Origin: Felis catus
Taxonomy: Eukaryota
Assembly: GCF_018350175.1 (NCBI RefSeq)
Contig: NC_058368.1
Location: forward strand, 70,992,001 to 71,056,000
DNA length: 64,000 nt
Direction: 5' to 3'
Part shown: piece after piece, positions 38,932-51,887 of the stretch
How the letters are laid out: every line of letters begins with the position of its first letter
Position numbering within the stretch: the stretch's first letter is position 1
The notes under the pieces: model-generated
Databases searched by the model: none
The model's input: only the letters and a program-made list of their open reading frames with translations
Told to the model about the DNA's origin: nothing
Position numbers and translations under genes: made by a program

Positions 38932-39127
38932 GAGCGCTTGGGTGGCTAGTCAGTTAAGCGTCCAACTTCAGCTCAGGTCATGATCTCACAGCTCATGGGT
39001 TCAAGCCCTGTGTCAAGCTTGCTGCTGTCAGTGCAGAGCCTGCTTTGGATCTTTTGTCCCCACACCCTTCTCTGCTCCTTTCCCGCTTGCACTCTCTCAA
39101 AAATAAATAAATCTTTAAAAAAAAAAA
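38932..39127 (+). mobile_element. CanSINE ~250 bp upstream of exon 3
   Basis: TSD aagtgcacca. Confidence 0.9.
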
Positions 39128-39377
39128 GTGCACCAGTATGCATTACGGTGGCTGTCATCTCTGTTATAGTCATCTTGAATGAAGTCTGGAAATCAATCAC
39201 TTGTCTGTCAGATCGGACAACTTGCTTCCAATACCATTTATGTGCTAGACAGGAAATGTGTAGATACAATCATGGTGCTCAGACTCTGAATCCATATAGC
39301 AGACTCATGGTCAGTAGGACTGTGTTTCCTCTCAGTGATAAATAAACTTAAGAGATACATTTTATCGACACTTACAG

Positions 39378-39566
39378 AATGAAGCTCGATCGAGAATAGT
39401 AAAAACTCTTGAAGACTTTGATCTGGGCCCAACTGAAAAGTGTGTGAGGGTCAACTCGGTGTCCAGCGGTCTGGCCGAAGAAGACCTGGAGATTCTCCTG
39501 CAATCCCGGGTCCTTCCTTCTAGCCTGATGCTGCCAAAGGTCGAAGGTCCTGAAGAAATCCAGTGG
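39378..39566 (+). CDS. CLYBL: CLYBL coding exon (human exon 3 equivalent), 189 nt, phase 0-0
   Basis: Acceptor cttacag|AAT and donor TGG|gtgagt. Translates NEARSRIVKTLEDFDLGPTEKCVRVNSVSSGLAEEDLEILLQSRVLPSSLMLPKVEGPEEIQW, matching recalled mammalian CLYBL. Not in the ORF track. Confidence 0.96.
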
Positions 39567-40518
39567 GTGAGTAGCTAATGCTTTGCTTTAATTAAAGACT
39601 CAGGAGCAGCTATGAAGGAGTAGCAGAAAGGAAGGATTTGGGTGCTGCAGATTTTGAAAACACGTACACGGAACAGAGAAAAAGGGAGCTGAGGAAAAGA
39701 GGGGAGTGCAAGAGACTATTGCCTTCACACAAGGGGAGCCTGGCTTTACCCAGCATGTTCAGAGGAACAACTCCGCTCTTGGGATGATGCTTCTGCACCC
39801 TACTCAGATTTGCGGGTTGGACAGGACAGCCTCCTCAGTCTTTGGAAACTAGCTTTTGCCTGAGAATTGGATCACACCTCACACCCTGCCAGGCCCTAAC
39901 CTCCACCTGAAAGAGCAGGGAAATAAATGGCTGTTACCCAGGTTCATTTGAAGTCTTCATACACAGCGAAAGCACATTAGCCACGAATGAAAAAATGACC
40001 CTAGAGAAGGAGAGGGAAAGGTCACTCCTGAGGGCAACTAGAGGAATAAACAGGAAGCTTTTAACTAGTGGTTTTAATTAGCACAGATATTATTTCCTGA
40101 ACAGCTCTCCAGTTCGTCCTTTTTTAAATTGCTGACAGGTGTGTTTGTGTTTCACGACAGACTTTTCAGCCAATAAAAACCTGGCATGTCAAATTACTTA
40201 AGAAAACTTTGAAATGGGCCTAATTATACTATGATTGTTTTAATTGTTAAAGTAGGGGGAGGCTAGATTTTATTTAGGAGTTGCTATGATTTTGCAGATC
40301 TCTGCTGAATAAAATAACTGTCCATTGTGCCCCTCCAGGGCAGACAGGCTGTGACTCATCAGTGCTGGAAGCTTGGTAAGGGCATGTGGACAGTGGTGAT
40401 TTTAAAGCCACATCTGGGATTATCTCTAAGGCTGTGGTTGCAAATACAGCAATACAATGAATAGTTGTAACACCTGAGGAAACCATTCCCTTTTCTAATG
40501 CACGTAGATACCTTGGAT

Positions 40519-41104
40519 CTATACTTTCCAATGCTATAGCCACCTGCCACGTGTGGCTACTGAGCGCTTGAAATGTGGCAAGTCCAAATTGAGATGTGCT
40601 ATAAGTGTGAAATACACACGGGATTTTGAAGACTTAGGAGCCCTCTCCCCGAAAGACTGTAAATTATCTCAATAATTTTTATATTGATCACATGTTGAAA
40701 TGACTATATGTCAGATTGATTGGGTAATAAACATTATTTTCTTTAAGATTTTTTTTTGTTTTACTCCTGAAACCCATATTACATTATATGTTAACTAACT
40801 AGAATTTAAATAAAAATTTGAAAAGAAAAAGAAAAGCAGGCTACAAAAAAAAATGAATAAATAAAAATAAAGAATAAAGTTTTTTGTTTTTTTTTTTAAG
40901 TATTCTCTACACCCATCATGGGGCTTGAACTCACAACCCTGAGATCAAGAGTTGCACGCTACACCAGACCAAGCCATCCAGGCGCCCCAGGTTGAATAGA
41001 CATTATTAAAACCACATTCACCTGTTTCGTTTTACTCTTTTAATGTAGCTACTAGAAAATTTAGAATTACATATGTAGCTGCCATTCGGTTTCTGTTGGA
41101 CAGC
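40519..41104. mobile_element. hAT-Charlie relic (MER33/MER3-like) interrupted by an L1 3' tail (~40762-40877) and a short CanSINE (~40878-40988, minus)
   Basis: tagccacctgccacgtgtggctactgagcgcttgaaatgtggc...tagctactagaaaatttagaattacatatgtagct...ttggacagc. Confidence 0.8.
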
Positions 41105-43759
41105 TCCGTGTTGGAGTCTTCTTGAAGACCCACGTTCAAGGACCCTTATTTACTGTCTAAGCTGGAGTTCTTCTCTCCAAGGTCACCCCTCAGAAGCTGG
41201 GAGATACTGGTTATAGTAGGTTACACTCTCTGAGGCCTCCTACCCCATTTGAACATGTCTTAAATGGATTGAAACAGAATCTGAAGCCACTGTTCCCTTT
41301 TGGTTTCATAGTTAATGCCTGTTTATCACCGTTATTACCCTTCATTTAAGAGACGAGGACCCACCCCAGCCTTCAGCTACAGCTCCTGTTCGCTGTTTTA
41401 AATCCTTGGATAGAAATAGGATTTCTAGTTAACAGAAGTCTTTTGGGCTGTTTATTTTTTCCTCTCCGTTTGTATTTATGTGAAGCATAAAACCCAGAGC
41501 CTGATGCACAACTGAAAGATGGGCTTCCTTGTTTTCTTTTGTGTGAGAATCTCTTGCTGGTCTTTTGTCGCTAGTGTGGGTTCTTGTTTGACTGGCACGG
41601 CTTATTGGACTATAACAAGCGTGACTCTGCCTCCTTTGTCGCGGGACAATTCTCCCACAAATCCCGAACAGTGTGCATTCTTCCAACACACTATTGGGTG
41701 TGCACTGGAATTGAAAGAATTGCTGAGCCCTGCTACTTCATCTCCTCCCCAATCTCTTTGTGATTTTTTCCCCTTCTTTTCCTCCACCCCCCTCCCCCTT
41801 CCCCTCCACCTCACTGAAATGAACACTTTACCAGGCCGGAAACATTTAATCGTCTCCTTTTGAAAAAATTAATTGAAACTTCTCCACTAGTTACCTTTTG
41901 TGTCAGTACTTAATGCAATTTTTTAAGAAAGAAGGGGAGGAGGAGAAGGAGAATGGGCTAGAATATTTAATGTTCAAATGCCCCTATTGGCTTAAAAACA
42001 AAAAAGCATTAGAGATTTTTTTGTAAGAACAGGAAACATAAAGTATTTAACTAGTTTTAAACTTTATGATTTTCGTAGTTATAACTGTGATCACAAAGAA
42101 TGGGGCAAGTAATGTTGCAAGTTTATTCTTCTTCTTTTTTTTTTTTTAATGAGGAAAAAAGTTCCTCCAGTGCATATATAACCCCAGAACCACTAATATT
42201 TCATTACCCATTTTCTAGCTTAAATGTGACATAAATTATGTTTTCTTTTCATTTACACGGAATATTATCCATTTTGTCTCCTTCAATTGTAGCCCTCTTT
42301 CTTGCTATTTTGGTTGAGTTATTCCTTCCCTTGAAAAGTTACTAAGGAGGTGACGATGATGGTGTCTGAGGAGGGGAGGAGCCGTGGAGCAACTGGGAAT
42401 AATTCTTCATTACTGAAAGCTGTGATTTATTTTAGCCTAATTGTAAAGTTACTGCAAATTGCTCAAAAGCTTTTTAAAGATCCCAGTGATTAGATTTTTT
42501 AGAGGGGGGGGGGTGCTGCACAAGCAAGGAGGGGGCAGCTAAAAGGGGAAATAACACCTCTAATCCTGCTTCTGGTAAATAGGCTGCCAGCTTTTAAAAT
42601 GAGTTTCCTTTCTATTAGTCAGAATATTATGCTAAGCCTTAAGCATTAGTTTTTTTATGTTGCCATAGCAGCCCTATTCCTGCAGGGTGGTGACCTCCGA
42701 TGATTACAGTACAAAGCTTATAGGGTCTTGAAACCCCCTTTGAAGATGAAAAGTCTTTGATGGTTTATATTTATGCAAATCTCTTAGATATGATTTACCC
42801 AACTGAGACTGAATGGAGAGATGATTAAAATTCCCTTTTCCTTTGATATCCATTAATGGCTGAATATTCCTTAAATTTAAAATGGATATATATGTTTTCA
42901 TCTTTATTTACAAAAATATCTTTGTCATACCTGTGTGTTGTTTTTTTTTTTATCTCCCCACATCTTATTAGATCTAGATAGACATAATAGATTTACAATT
43001 TAGAGTGTGGTGGGTTTTTTTTTTTCCTTTTGAAAGGGGGGGGGGTGGTGGTGGTGGAGATCTGTGCAAGAGCTTTTGTATGTTTCCAGATGATAGATTT
43101 TGGAATTTGGGCTACCCCACTGGCAGCACAGAGCTAGCTGTGAACTGGTCTCATGGAAAAAATTGGCGAGCTTTGGTCTTCAAAGAATTAAACTTCCTTT
43201 TTAAGGTCTTCCTAGGTAAGCTAAAAAATTATGAAGAAAAACCTTCTGAACAAAGGATAATGGTGCTGTAATGAATAATGTGGGTGCCACGCAGAAGGCT
43301 GCTGAACAGTTACACTGATGTCAGTGCCTGGTCCAAAACAAAAACAGAAAGGCAGGTAGAGCAACACTTTGCTGTTTTGGGGGCCTACCATTTGCATTTA
43401 ACGAAGTGAAGGCTAGAGGTCTTAAGCAAATATGTTTTTAAGAAAAGCATTTAAACTCCAGAATCTCTCTTTCCACTTCTAACTCCTAGGCCTCAAATTA
43501 CTCCTTTAGGGGGGAAAAAAAATTAGAATGCTTGAAGTTTTACTATTCAGTTTGGTGGGAACTTTGTTACCTTTTTTCCTTTGGTCTTTCCTCCTGTTTT
43601 TGTTTTGTTTTGTTCTGTTTTAATTCTTTTTTTGTGTACGAAATAAGCTGGGATATTACTTCCTTAGGCCAAAGACTTGAATACTACTTTTGTGACTAAC
43701 ATTTTAGTGATTGTACATTTTTTTCCCCTACTAATCACCTATGACACTTTTGGTTTTAG

Positions 43760-43861
43760 TTTTCAGACAAATTTTCATTCTACTTAAAAGGCCGAAAACT
43801 TGAACAACCTATGAATTTAATCCCTTTTGTGGAAACTGCAATGGGTTTGCTCAATTTTAAG
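43760..43861 (+). CDS. CLYBL: CLYBL coding exon (exon 4 equivalent), 102 nt, phase 0-0
   Basis: Splice sites ggttttag|TTT and AAG|gtaaga. Translates FSDKFSFYLKGRKLEQPMNLIPFVETAMGLLNFK. Confidence 0.96.
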
Positions 43862-45572
43862 GTAAGAAAACATAATGTGACTAATAAGTTAGTATTTTAT
43901 TTACTACCTAAAGAGAACTTCTGTTCTCTTGACATCTACTTAAACTATTTTTCTAGAAATATTTTTAAAGCAAAGTAAACCTTGAGCACCATTTATTGCC
44001 TATAATAATCCAAAATCAGGCTGTGAGCATCTTAGAAGACAAAGAGATTGGTCAAGTAGCAAGGGAAAACTTCCCAGACCTAAATATTTAAATGAAATGT
44101 CTGTATATTCTTATTTTAATTAAATAAACATATATAAACATATGCTTTGAATTACTATATTTATAGTTAAAATGTACATGAAAATGTATTTTGTTGCCCT
44201 TATGAATTAACTTTCAATTATTCTTTTGTATACAATTGCCTTCTATTGGGAAATTTTCTGGCCTCTTTGTAGCAACGTTAGCCATAATGTCTAGTATATA
44301 AGATTGCTATTTGTAGGTTAGTATACACCAGTAAGTTGTAGTATATTATTTCAGTTTGCCACATTAGAACATAAAGAATTTCCCAGTATACATTCAGGAA
44401 GATTAGCTGAGCCAGGGGTTTTCCAGCATTGTTTAAGCTGCCTTAAACAATTTGCCTTAACAATTTCATGGCTACCTTGTTTCCTCCCTTTTATCACTGA
44501 TCATTTAAACCGTTTTCCAAAATATGCCTCCCATTTCACCTGACTTGTTAACATCAATGTAGCACCCCGTTTCAGAGGGCAGGAGGGAAGAAGTCCCTAA
44601 AAACAAAGAAAACAGATAGTTGAACTGCCTTAGATAATATGGGAGTAAACGCTCTGAGAGGAAACTTTGAGACCTACTGGACCTTGCAGGAGGGCCAGGG
44701 GGCACATGCTTGGGAGCCGCTTCCAGCCTCATGATCAGCGTGTTTACACCACTGACCACAGATTCTTCCAGCCTGCCCCACAGTTCTGAGATACAATCAA
44801 AGCATATCCCTTAGATGCAACTAGATTCATACAATGATTGAATTCTAAACTCTGTTGTACCATTATATGCCATAGTGTACTTAGAGCACTTACAGCCTCT
44901 GAAATTAATCAACAGTGTGCTCACCCCATTTTCATGTCTTCCCCACCCACATGCTGAATCTCCACCTTTGTTAATTCAGTTCCAGCTATGACAAATGTTA
45001 TTAATCTTTATTTTCACATAGAAATATGGAAGTTGCTAATTAATACATCTTGGATGTCTTGTTGCATTTTTATTTTCCCCTCTGGAATTGTAGATTTTTG
45101 TATGTCTTTAGTCCTGAGGCCATTTACTAAGAAATCCTGATCCTAATGCAAATAATCCAGTGAATTTGATCTAAAAATTCTTGTTATGTTTTATGTTTAT
45201 TGTTTGAGAGTCTCTTAAGGCAAGAAGGAATTTTGGAAAAGCAGAAATAATTTATAGTACAATCAAAATGAGTTAATTCAAAGTTTCTCTAGAAATTAGA
45301 TGAACTACGATTTGAATATTATATTAAAATACATTTATAACTATATTCCTACAGTCCATTAAGCAAAGCAAATCTATACAACATACTTATCTTGACAATA
45401 TTAAATGCCTTTGAAAAGAAGTGAATTTGGACTACATTTTTAGGGCTGCTAGTTTGCTTTCAGCCAAACTGTGTGAAGAGTTGGATCTCTTTCTGTCACT
45501 TAAATACATCAGGCTGCTTCTCTCCAAACTGGTCACTTCTGTGAGATTTGGTTCTGTTCTTTTCCTTCACAG

Positions 45573-45666
45573 ACCGTGTGTGAAGAAGCACTAAAGACCG
45601 GACCTCAAGTGGGTCTTTTTCTAGATGCTGTTGTTTTTGGAGGAGAAGACTTTCGAGCCAGCATAG
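45573..45666 (+). CDS. CLYBL: CLYBL coding exon (exon 5 equivalent), 94 nt, phase 0-1
   Basis: Splice sites ttccttcacag|ACC and ATAG|gtatca. Translates TVCEEALKTGPQVGLFLDAVVFGGEDFRASI(G), which includes the CitE-family FGGEDF motif. Overlaps ORF 45576..45788. Confidence 0.96.
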
Positions 45667-47041
45667 GTATCACATTTCTCTCTCTCTCTTTTTCAGTCTC
45701 TATGTGTGCATGCATGTGTGCGTGCATGTGTGTGTGCGTGCGTGCGTGTGTGTATGGATGGATGTATTTTTTCTTAGCCCCTTCATGAATGGACATTTAC
45801 ATGACAATATATATTTACCAACCATGACAATGGTTGTTCAGCTGAATGGGCAATACTTTCTGATAATTTAGGGCCCCTCATAGCTGTCCTGCTTCCAGAA
45901 CACTACATTATTACTTCTGTTCATGTATGAAATAATAAAAAGCCTGTTGCAACCTCAGATGTGGTTCAGGAACATATGACATCTACTTTGTACATAATAA
46001 TATATGAACAACCTCTCCATTGCTTAAATATTTTATTTTCACATCAGTATGAGGGCTGTCTAGGCTTCTAACACAAATTTAAAGCAATTTCACACTTGCT
46101 TTAATGAATCATTTTCTACACTAAATGTAGTATGCAAATATTATTTAAAATAGATCCTAAATTCCTCCTAAAGTACATTTCGGAACTCTTCTTATTAAAC
46201 ATTTATTGAGATAGCATGCTAGTTTCCACTGATCTTCCCCATCCGTTGGTTAGTATGCCTCTGGTCTGGGTACAGGGATAACTAGAGACTGTGGGCATAC
46301 CTAGAAAAGAGGCCAAAGCCACAAAGCATTTGCAGAACCACAGTTCCAGTGGCCTCAATACTGGCGCTTTCCCTGAGCAGTGTCACGGTCCAAATAGAAA
46401 CAGTGATACTCCATACACACCCGCTCCTAGGGTGAAAGAAAAGGAACTTATTTTAATACCAGCCTTTCCAGGAGACTTTTGTGTTTCCGACAGTTCAGCG
46501 GACACTTTCTGCCTCTTTCAAAATGAGTGCCCTTCCGTTTCCCCAAGTTCTTCGTCCAAACCCTGAAGCTGCTCTATTTGGCTCAGAACCTTAGTTATGG
46601 CAGGGCACTGCAACCACAGCACGCAAATTTCTGTGCTCGGTGAGAGAAGTTAACCATTTCCTTGCACAGCCACTCGGCCACCTTTTGTGGTGCTGTCTTT
46701 GGATTGATACTTTCCAAGCAATGGCAAGAAGGAAAAAATATACCAGAAGTAATTTGGGACCCATCATTTGTGATTCTATCTCCTGAGATACAGGAGGGGC
46801 CTTTTCTTACTCCACACACAAGTAATGACACTGAACGATGCCTTCCAAGAGAAATAGACACATATGAAATTTAATTCTGCATCCACATATCCCTTTCTTC
46901 GTCTATACTAGAATCATAGTTTTGCTGGGGAGCAATTCCCAGGATGACATAGATGCCTTTACAAAGGGAGTTTCTACAATAGAAGGCTGGGTTTGGTTTC
47001 CAGAGTTAATGTCTCCCTTTGCTGTCAACATCCCATTTCAG

Positions 47042-47209
47042 GTGCAACAAGTGGTAAAGAAGCCCAAGATATTCTGTACGCCCGACAAAAGATTATTGTT
47101 ATAGCGAAGGCCTTCGGTCTGCAGGCCATAGATCTGGTGTACATCGACTTTCGAGACGGAGAGGGGCTCCTCAGGCAGTCCAGGGAAGGAGCCGCAATGG
47201 GGTTTACCG
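47042..47209 (+). CDS. CLYBL: CLYBL coding exon (exon 6 equivalent), 168 nt, phase 1-1
   Basis: Splice sites cccatttcag|GT and ACCG|gtatga. Translates (G)ATSGKEAQDILYARQKIIVIAKAFGLQAIDLVYIDFRDGEGLLRQSREGAAMGFT(G). Overlaps ORF 46993..47265. Confidence 0.97.
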
Positions 47210-50200
47210 GTATGACTCTTGATGACATCTTAGAAGCAGTATCTAAATTCGCAAACACTCCATAAAGGTAGAACTATAACCAGAAAGTCGTGTTTCTGTT
47301 GCAGCCACATGTCTCTTATACTTATATTATCTGGCGTGTGAAAAAACCATCTAGGGCAAGAACCTGCTATATAAGTGGTCATGGTTTCCTTTGGCTCCGC
47401 AAGTCAAAAAACAAAGCACTCGTTTTATTTTCTCTTTACATTAGTTACCACTTTTTCTCTTAAGTATTTTGTTTTTGCTGACCCTCAGGGAGGGATGAAG
47501 CTATTACAGAAGTGTTTTTGAGGGAATTGCCATAAGAACTTGGGTTGATGGATAGAAGAAAATTTTCCTCCAACGTTCAAAATATTAATTCATTTCTGAA
47601 AAACAACAGTGATATCTTCTTTGATTTTTTTTTTTTTTTACTTTTATATTCTCCTGCCACTTCAAGCCCCTTCCTTCTGTCCCACCTCCCAGTACGTGTC
47701 TCTGCACCTGACGACACCTACAGGCATTGGCTGGCACTCAGATCAGTGGGTCCCCTGCAATCCCATCCTGGAGCGCAGGCAGATATCTCTTGATTGCTAT
47801 GTCCGATCACTCAGATCCCCAGGAGTCTGGAGAGCAACCGAAAATTGTGTTTTTGCAATAGAAATCCATTTTTTTCAAAACCACAGTAGGATTCTACACA
47901 CAAACACACGTCTGCAGTTGTGTTCACTCACACACACACACACGCAACTGCAGATAAGAAACACCATAAGCTCTTTTATTCTTATTTCTTCTGCTGCTGC
48001 AAGTTATAAGACTATCATGATCTGAAATGAACCCAGATAAGAAGGAAAAGAGACAAACATCCTTACTATCCCTTTTGTAAATATTTTTGAAATGCAGCCA
48101 GTTAGGGATTATGGAGATAAATATTTCATACAGTGACCTTCAATGTAAAAGATCTCTTAATGGATGGTGGTTTAACCCCAAATAAAATTAAACAACTTAA
48201 GAAACAATGTTAATGTTACATTAGAATTAAATGAAGCTCTGACATTTGTTTTTGTTTTTAACATGAAGAGTCAAAATAAAATGTGATTCCACCACCAAAT
48301 TTGTTTAGTAAACGAATGTGATCTCTTCTAGAGAAATAGTTTCCAATCATCTGAACTATTAATAAATGAATTCTCCCTTCATTTAATAGTGACTAAGAAA
48401 GAAAGAGTCCCTCTACCCCAGCCCTGAGGTTGTCCTTGTCTCTGTGGTGTGTTACACCTGCCTCTTTCCAATGACCAGTTAGGAATAGCCCAAATGGAAA
48501 AGTTGGAGAAACGCTCCATGAAATCTATCTAATAGACCTTGATGTTGTTGGTCTAAAATGTGTAGCACTGGCTGCCAAGCAGCCAGATGTTGCTGTGAAA
48601 TGGGCACTAATTCAATAAAAAAAATTTTTTTTTAAAACACTGAATTGATGTTGGCCTGTGTCACCATCATTCCGTATAACCTGGGTGTCCTCAGCTACCT
48701 CTGGGGTAAATGTTTGCTCCAGAACTTGTAAAGGAGTTTGAGAATTTCTCCAAGAAACAGGACTGAATTAAATTGGTCCCTAATTCAATCGCAGAAGACA
48801 AGTTACTTCAAATCAGATTTAAATTTCTAGACTGTGCCCAACTCAGCGTGAGGAGCTTACGGGCTTGGCACTATTGTTTCTCAACAACAGGGAGTATTAA
48901 ATCACACACACACACAAATGGAAGCAGGGGGAGAATGGGGAGGCACAGAGGGTACAGTGCCCATTATATATGCAAGTGAACAAGTCAGTAAAGTGGGGAG
49001 CTACACTTCATAACCATTTTGCAATTTTTAGAAAGAAGGGCTTTGTTGTCCCAATTATATTTCTACATACCAATAAAAGGTAATTAGTCTGATTATAAGA
49101 TATGAGATTACTTGTAGTATTTTTAAACAATAAGGGCTTTCTTTGAGTATTTTAGACCCAGTTCTGATCTGTTTGTCCTAATTATTTGTCATTTAATTGC
49201 CATAACTTGGGCTTTGCACAGGAAGGGAGGACAGTGAGGAAGGAAGGAGGGACAGAAGGAAGGGGAAATACTCTATCTGAAGCAAGTGGCTGAAAGTTTT
49301 CAAATCAAGTGGAAGTATTGTGATATCTGTAACGCTGATAAGGGACAGTCTGTGCCATAAGGATTTTCTGTACTTTTCAAAATTATATATTATTTTTAAT
49401 GAGTTGTATTTTTTTTAAGTTAGCCATGCAGCAAACAGTAGGTTATAGTTTCTTTTCTGCAGTCATTATTTCACTGGGCCACAGGCCATGCAGATTGATT
49501 TTAAATCAATGCATTGGCTCTATAAGTGGCTATTAACATTAGGAATTATTTTTATAAAAAGAAGCCAAAAATAAATCTTGGAATAAAGCTTCAACAGCTG
49601 ACTTAGTCATCACAGGTATTCCAGTCCTGCATGCTGAGAAGAAAGATTATAAATATGAAGCACGGTAGGTTTTCTTCTTTTTTGCAGTCTTTTGTAGAAG
49701 ACAAAAATGACACCATCATACAGTCACCTAAAAGACTTGACAGGTATTGATTTAAAGCACGATATATCAAGTGGTACTGTAAAAAGGATTTCATGGTCAT
49801 AAATTTTAATGTCTTCCAATTTTGCACCCTCAGTAACTTGCCAATAACAGCTCTTCTGTATAAAATATTTGCTTCACTCCCACATGACATTAAAGTCTGA
49901 TGTCCTGTTGTTGGGATATGTAAGAATCGACAAAAGATAACTTCATACATGGATGTTCATAAATTTCTGAAACTTAACACATATCTGAAAATTACCCTCA
50001 TTACCTAAAAGATGGATACTTGCAAGCTATCCATGGTTTCAGAGTATTTCTAAATAGTTTGTTTTTCTCCTCAAGTCGTAGTGTCTGTACCAAGAAGTTC
50101 CCGTGAAATCTGGCTTTTAACACATCAGTATAAATTATGTACATAAATTATAAAATTCAGGAGTAACAATTAGTACAAAATGACTACCAGAACTGATATC

Positions 50201-50317
50201 CTTTATTAATAATATTGTAACAACAATTAGATTACTTAAAAAGAATTGCAATACCTACTATTAAAAAAAGCTCTCATTTATCATCACTGGTATTATTTGT
50301 TCCCTGAAATTATTCCT

Positions 50318-50350
50318 CAGTTTTAGTATATATGCTGCTGAAGCGAGCAC
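50318..50350 (-). pseudogene. 3'-truncated U6 snRNA retrocopy (~33 nt of the 5' end)
   Basis: The reverse complement reads gtgctcgcttcagcagcatatatactaaaactg. Direct repeat attcctca at 50312-50319 and 50352-50359. Confidence 0.88.
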
Positions 50351-51762
50351 AATTCCTCAAATAATTTAAAGCAGCTTTATTTGTATAGGGTTTTAATGTT
50401 GTATTAGTGTGCTGACAGATAAGAATGAAATAACAATGTGAAAGGGTTCTAATTCTGCTACTGTAAGAAAAGATACTGTTACATTTATTCATTTAAACTC
50501 TTTTCCTTGAAACACTAAGAATTTTTTTTTTTAACAAATATTGGGTTTTTTCCTATTCAATAGAATAATGAGAGTAACAGGAATTGACCGTTTTTAAAAA
50601 CATCAAGAGTATAATTTGTACTGCCTAAATGTTAAAACAACTATTTCAAAAGCAAAACAAATTGATATATGGACAAATAAATTTAGGAGAGCAAATTATC
50701 ATTAAGTGCACATTCATTTTTAAAGAACCAAATATGCCCATAACTTTATAATGTATGTAATAAAATATAACCTTGTCATTATTATATCATTAAGTTATGT
50801 TGTATTTTATTAATGACGTGATTCAATTGCATACTTCCCTGATTGTTGTTTCTTCTAATGACTTCATGATTTCATAGAACCCTGTGAGTCTTATGTTTGT
50901 GTAATGTTTTTACTTAAGATCCTTAAACTTAAGAAAGAAGCAGAAAGCTTTTTTAAAGCTATCACTACAGAGATAAGATTTCTTCTGGGGTATCTAAATA
51001 TTGATAAGGAAATATTGAGTCTTCATTCTATTAAAAAATAAAAGGGAAAATCTGGTTATGTTTTTGGGTAGAGAAACTTTCTGTAACTTTTTTACTTAAA
51101 CATTTTAAAACGGAGTAATCTAGAGACCAAACCACTGTTCAAATTTGCCTTCTGTGTCACTGTACTGAATAAAATATTTTCATTGACATCCAGTTTTCTG
51201 TTGGTGGTTAGAAATGGCACACTGTATTCATCTATAAGAAAGAAAATTAAATATGTTATTACAAGCCGCTATTTGACATCTGCTTCTGGTAAGCTTTATG
51301 AAAACCAACAGACTGCTCCTAAAAGAAATCATGGCAGGTGGGATAAATGATACAAAATAAGCAAAAGACAACTTGTAAAATTTGAAAGAGTTATATCATT
51401 TTTTTATACTTTAACTCAAAATAATCACTCTAATTTGCAGTTATTATCCTTTAAAGTTTCTGCCAAAGGATTAGCCAACGAGCTGCCAGTCTACCCACCT
51501 GTAACTAAAAATTAGAGATTATCTGCGCTAAGGTGGTATTTCTATAGGATAGGAAACACAATTATTCCCATTCTTCTAGGTTTCTTATGTGGTATTCTGG
51601 AAAAGCCTGCCAGATTGCAGTTCCTTTCTTTTTAAAAAGTTGTAAAATATTAGTTATTTTGCGTACAGTCTGTGAGACATTAGGAGGCTTTCCTGGTTGA
51701 AACATTTTGTTTGAACATCTGTTTGTTGTTTTGTGTTTCCGGTGTTATTAATCTTCTTGTAG

Positions 51763-51887
51763 GTAAGCAGGTGATACACCCTAACCAAATTGCCGTGGTT
51801 CAGGAACAGTTTTCTCCTTCCCCTGAAAAGATTAAGTGGGCTGAAGAACTGATCGCTGCCTTTAAAGAACATCAACAATTAGGAAAG
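51763..51887 (+). CDS. CLYBL: CLYBL coding exon (exon 7 equivalent), 125 nt, phase 1-0
   Basis: Splice sites cttcttgtag|GT and AAG|gtaaac. Translates (G)KQVIHPNQIAVVQEQFSPSPEKIKWAEELIAAFKEHQQLGK, with the CitE-family GKxxIHP motif. Overlaps ORF 51711..51950. Confidence 0.97.
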
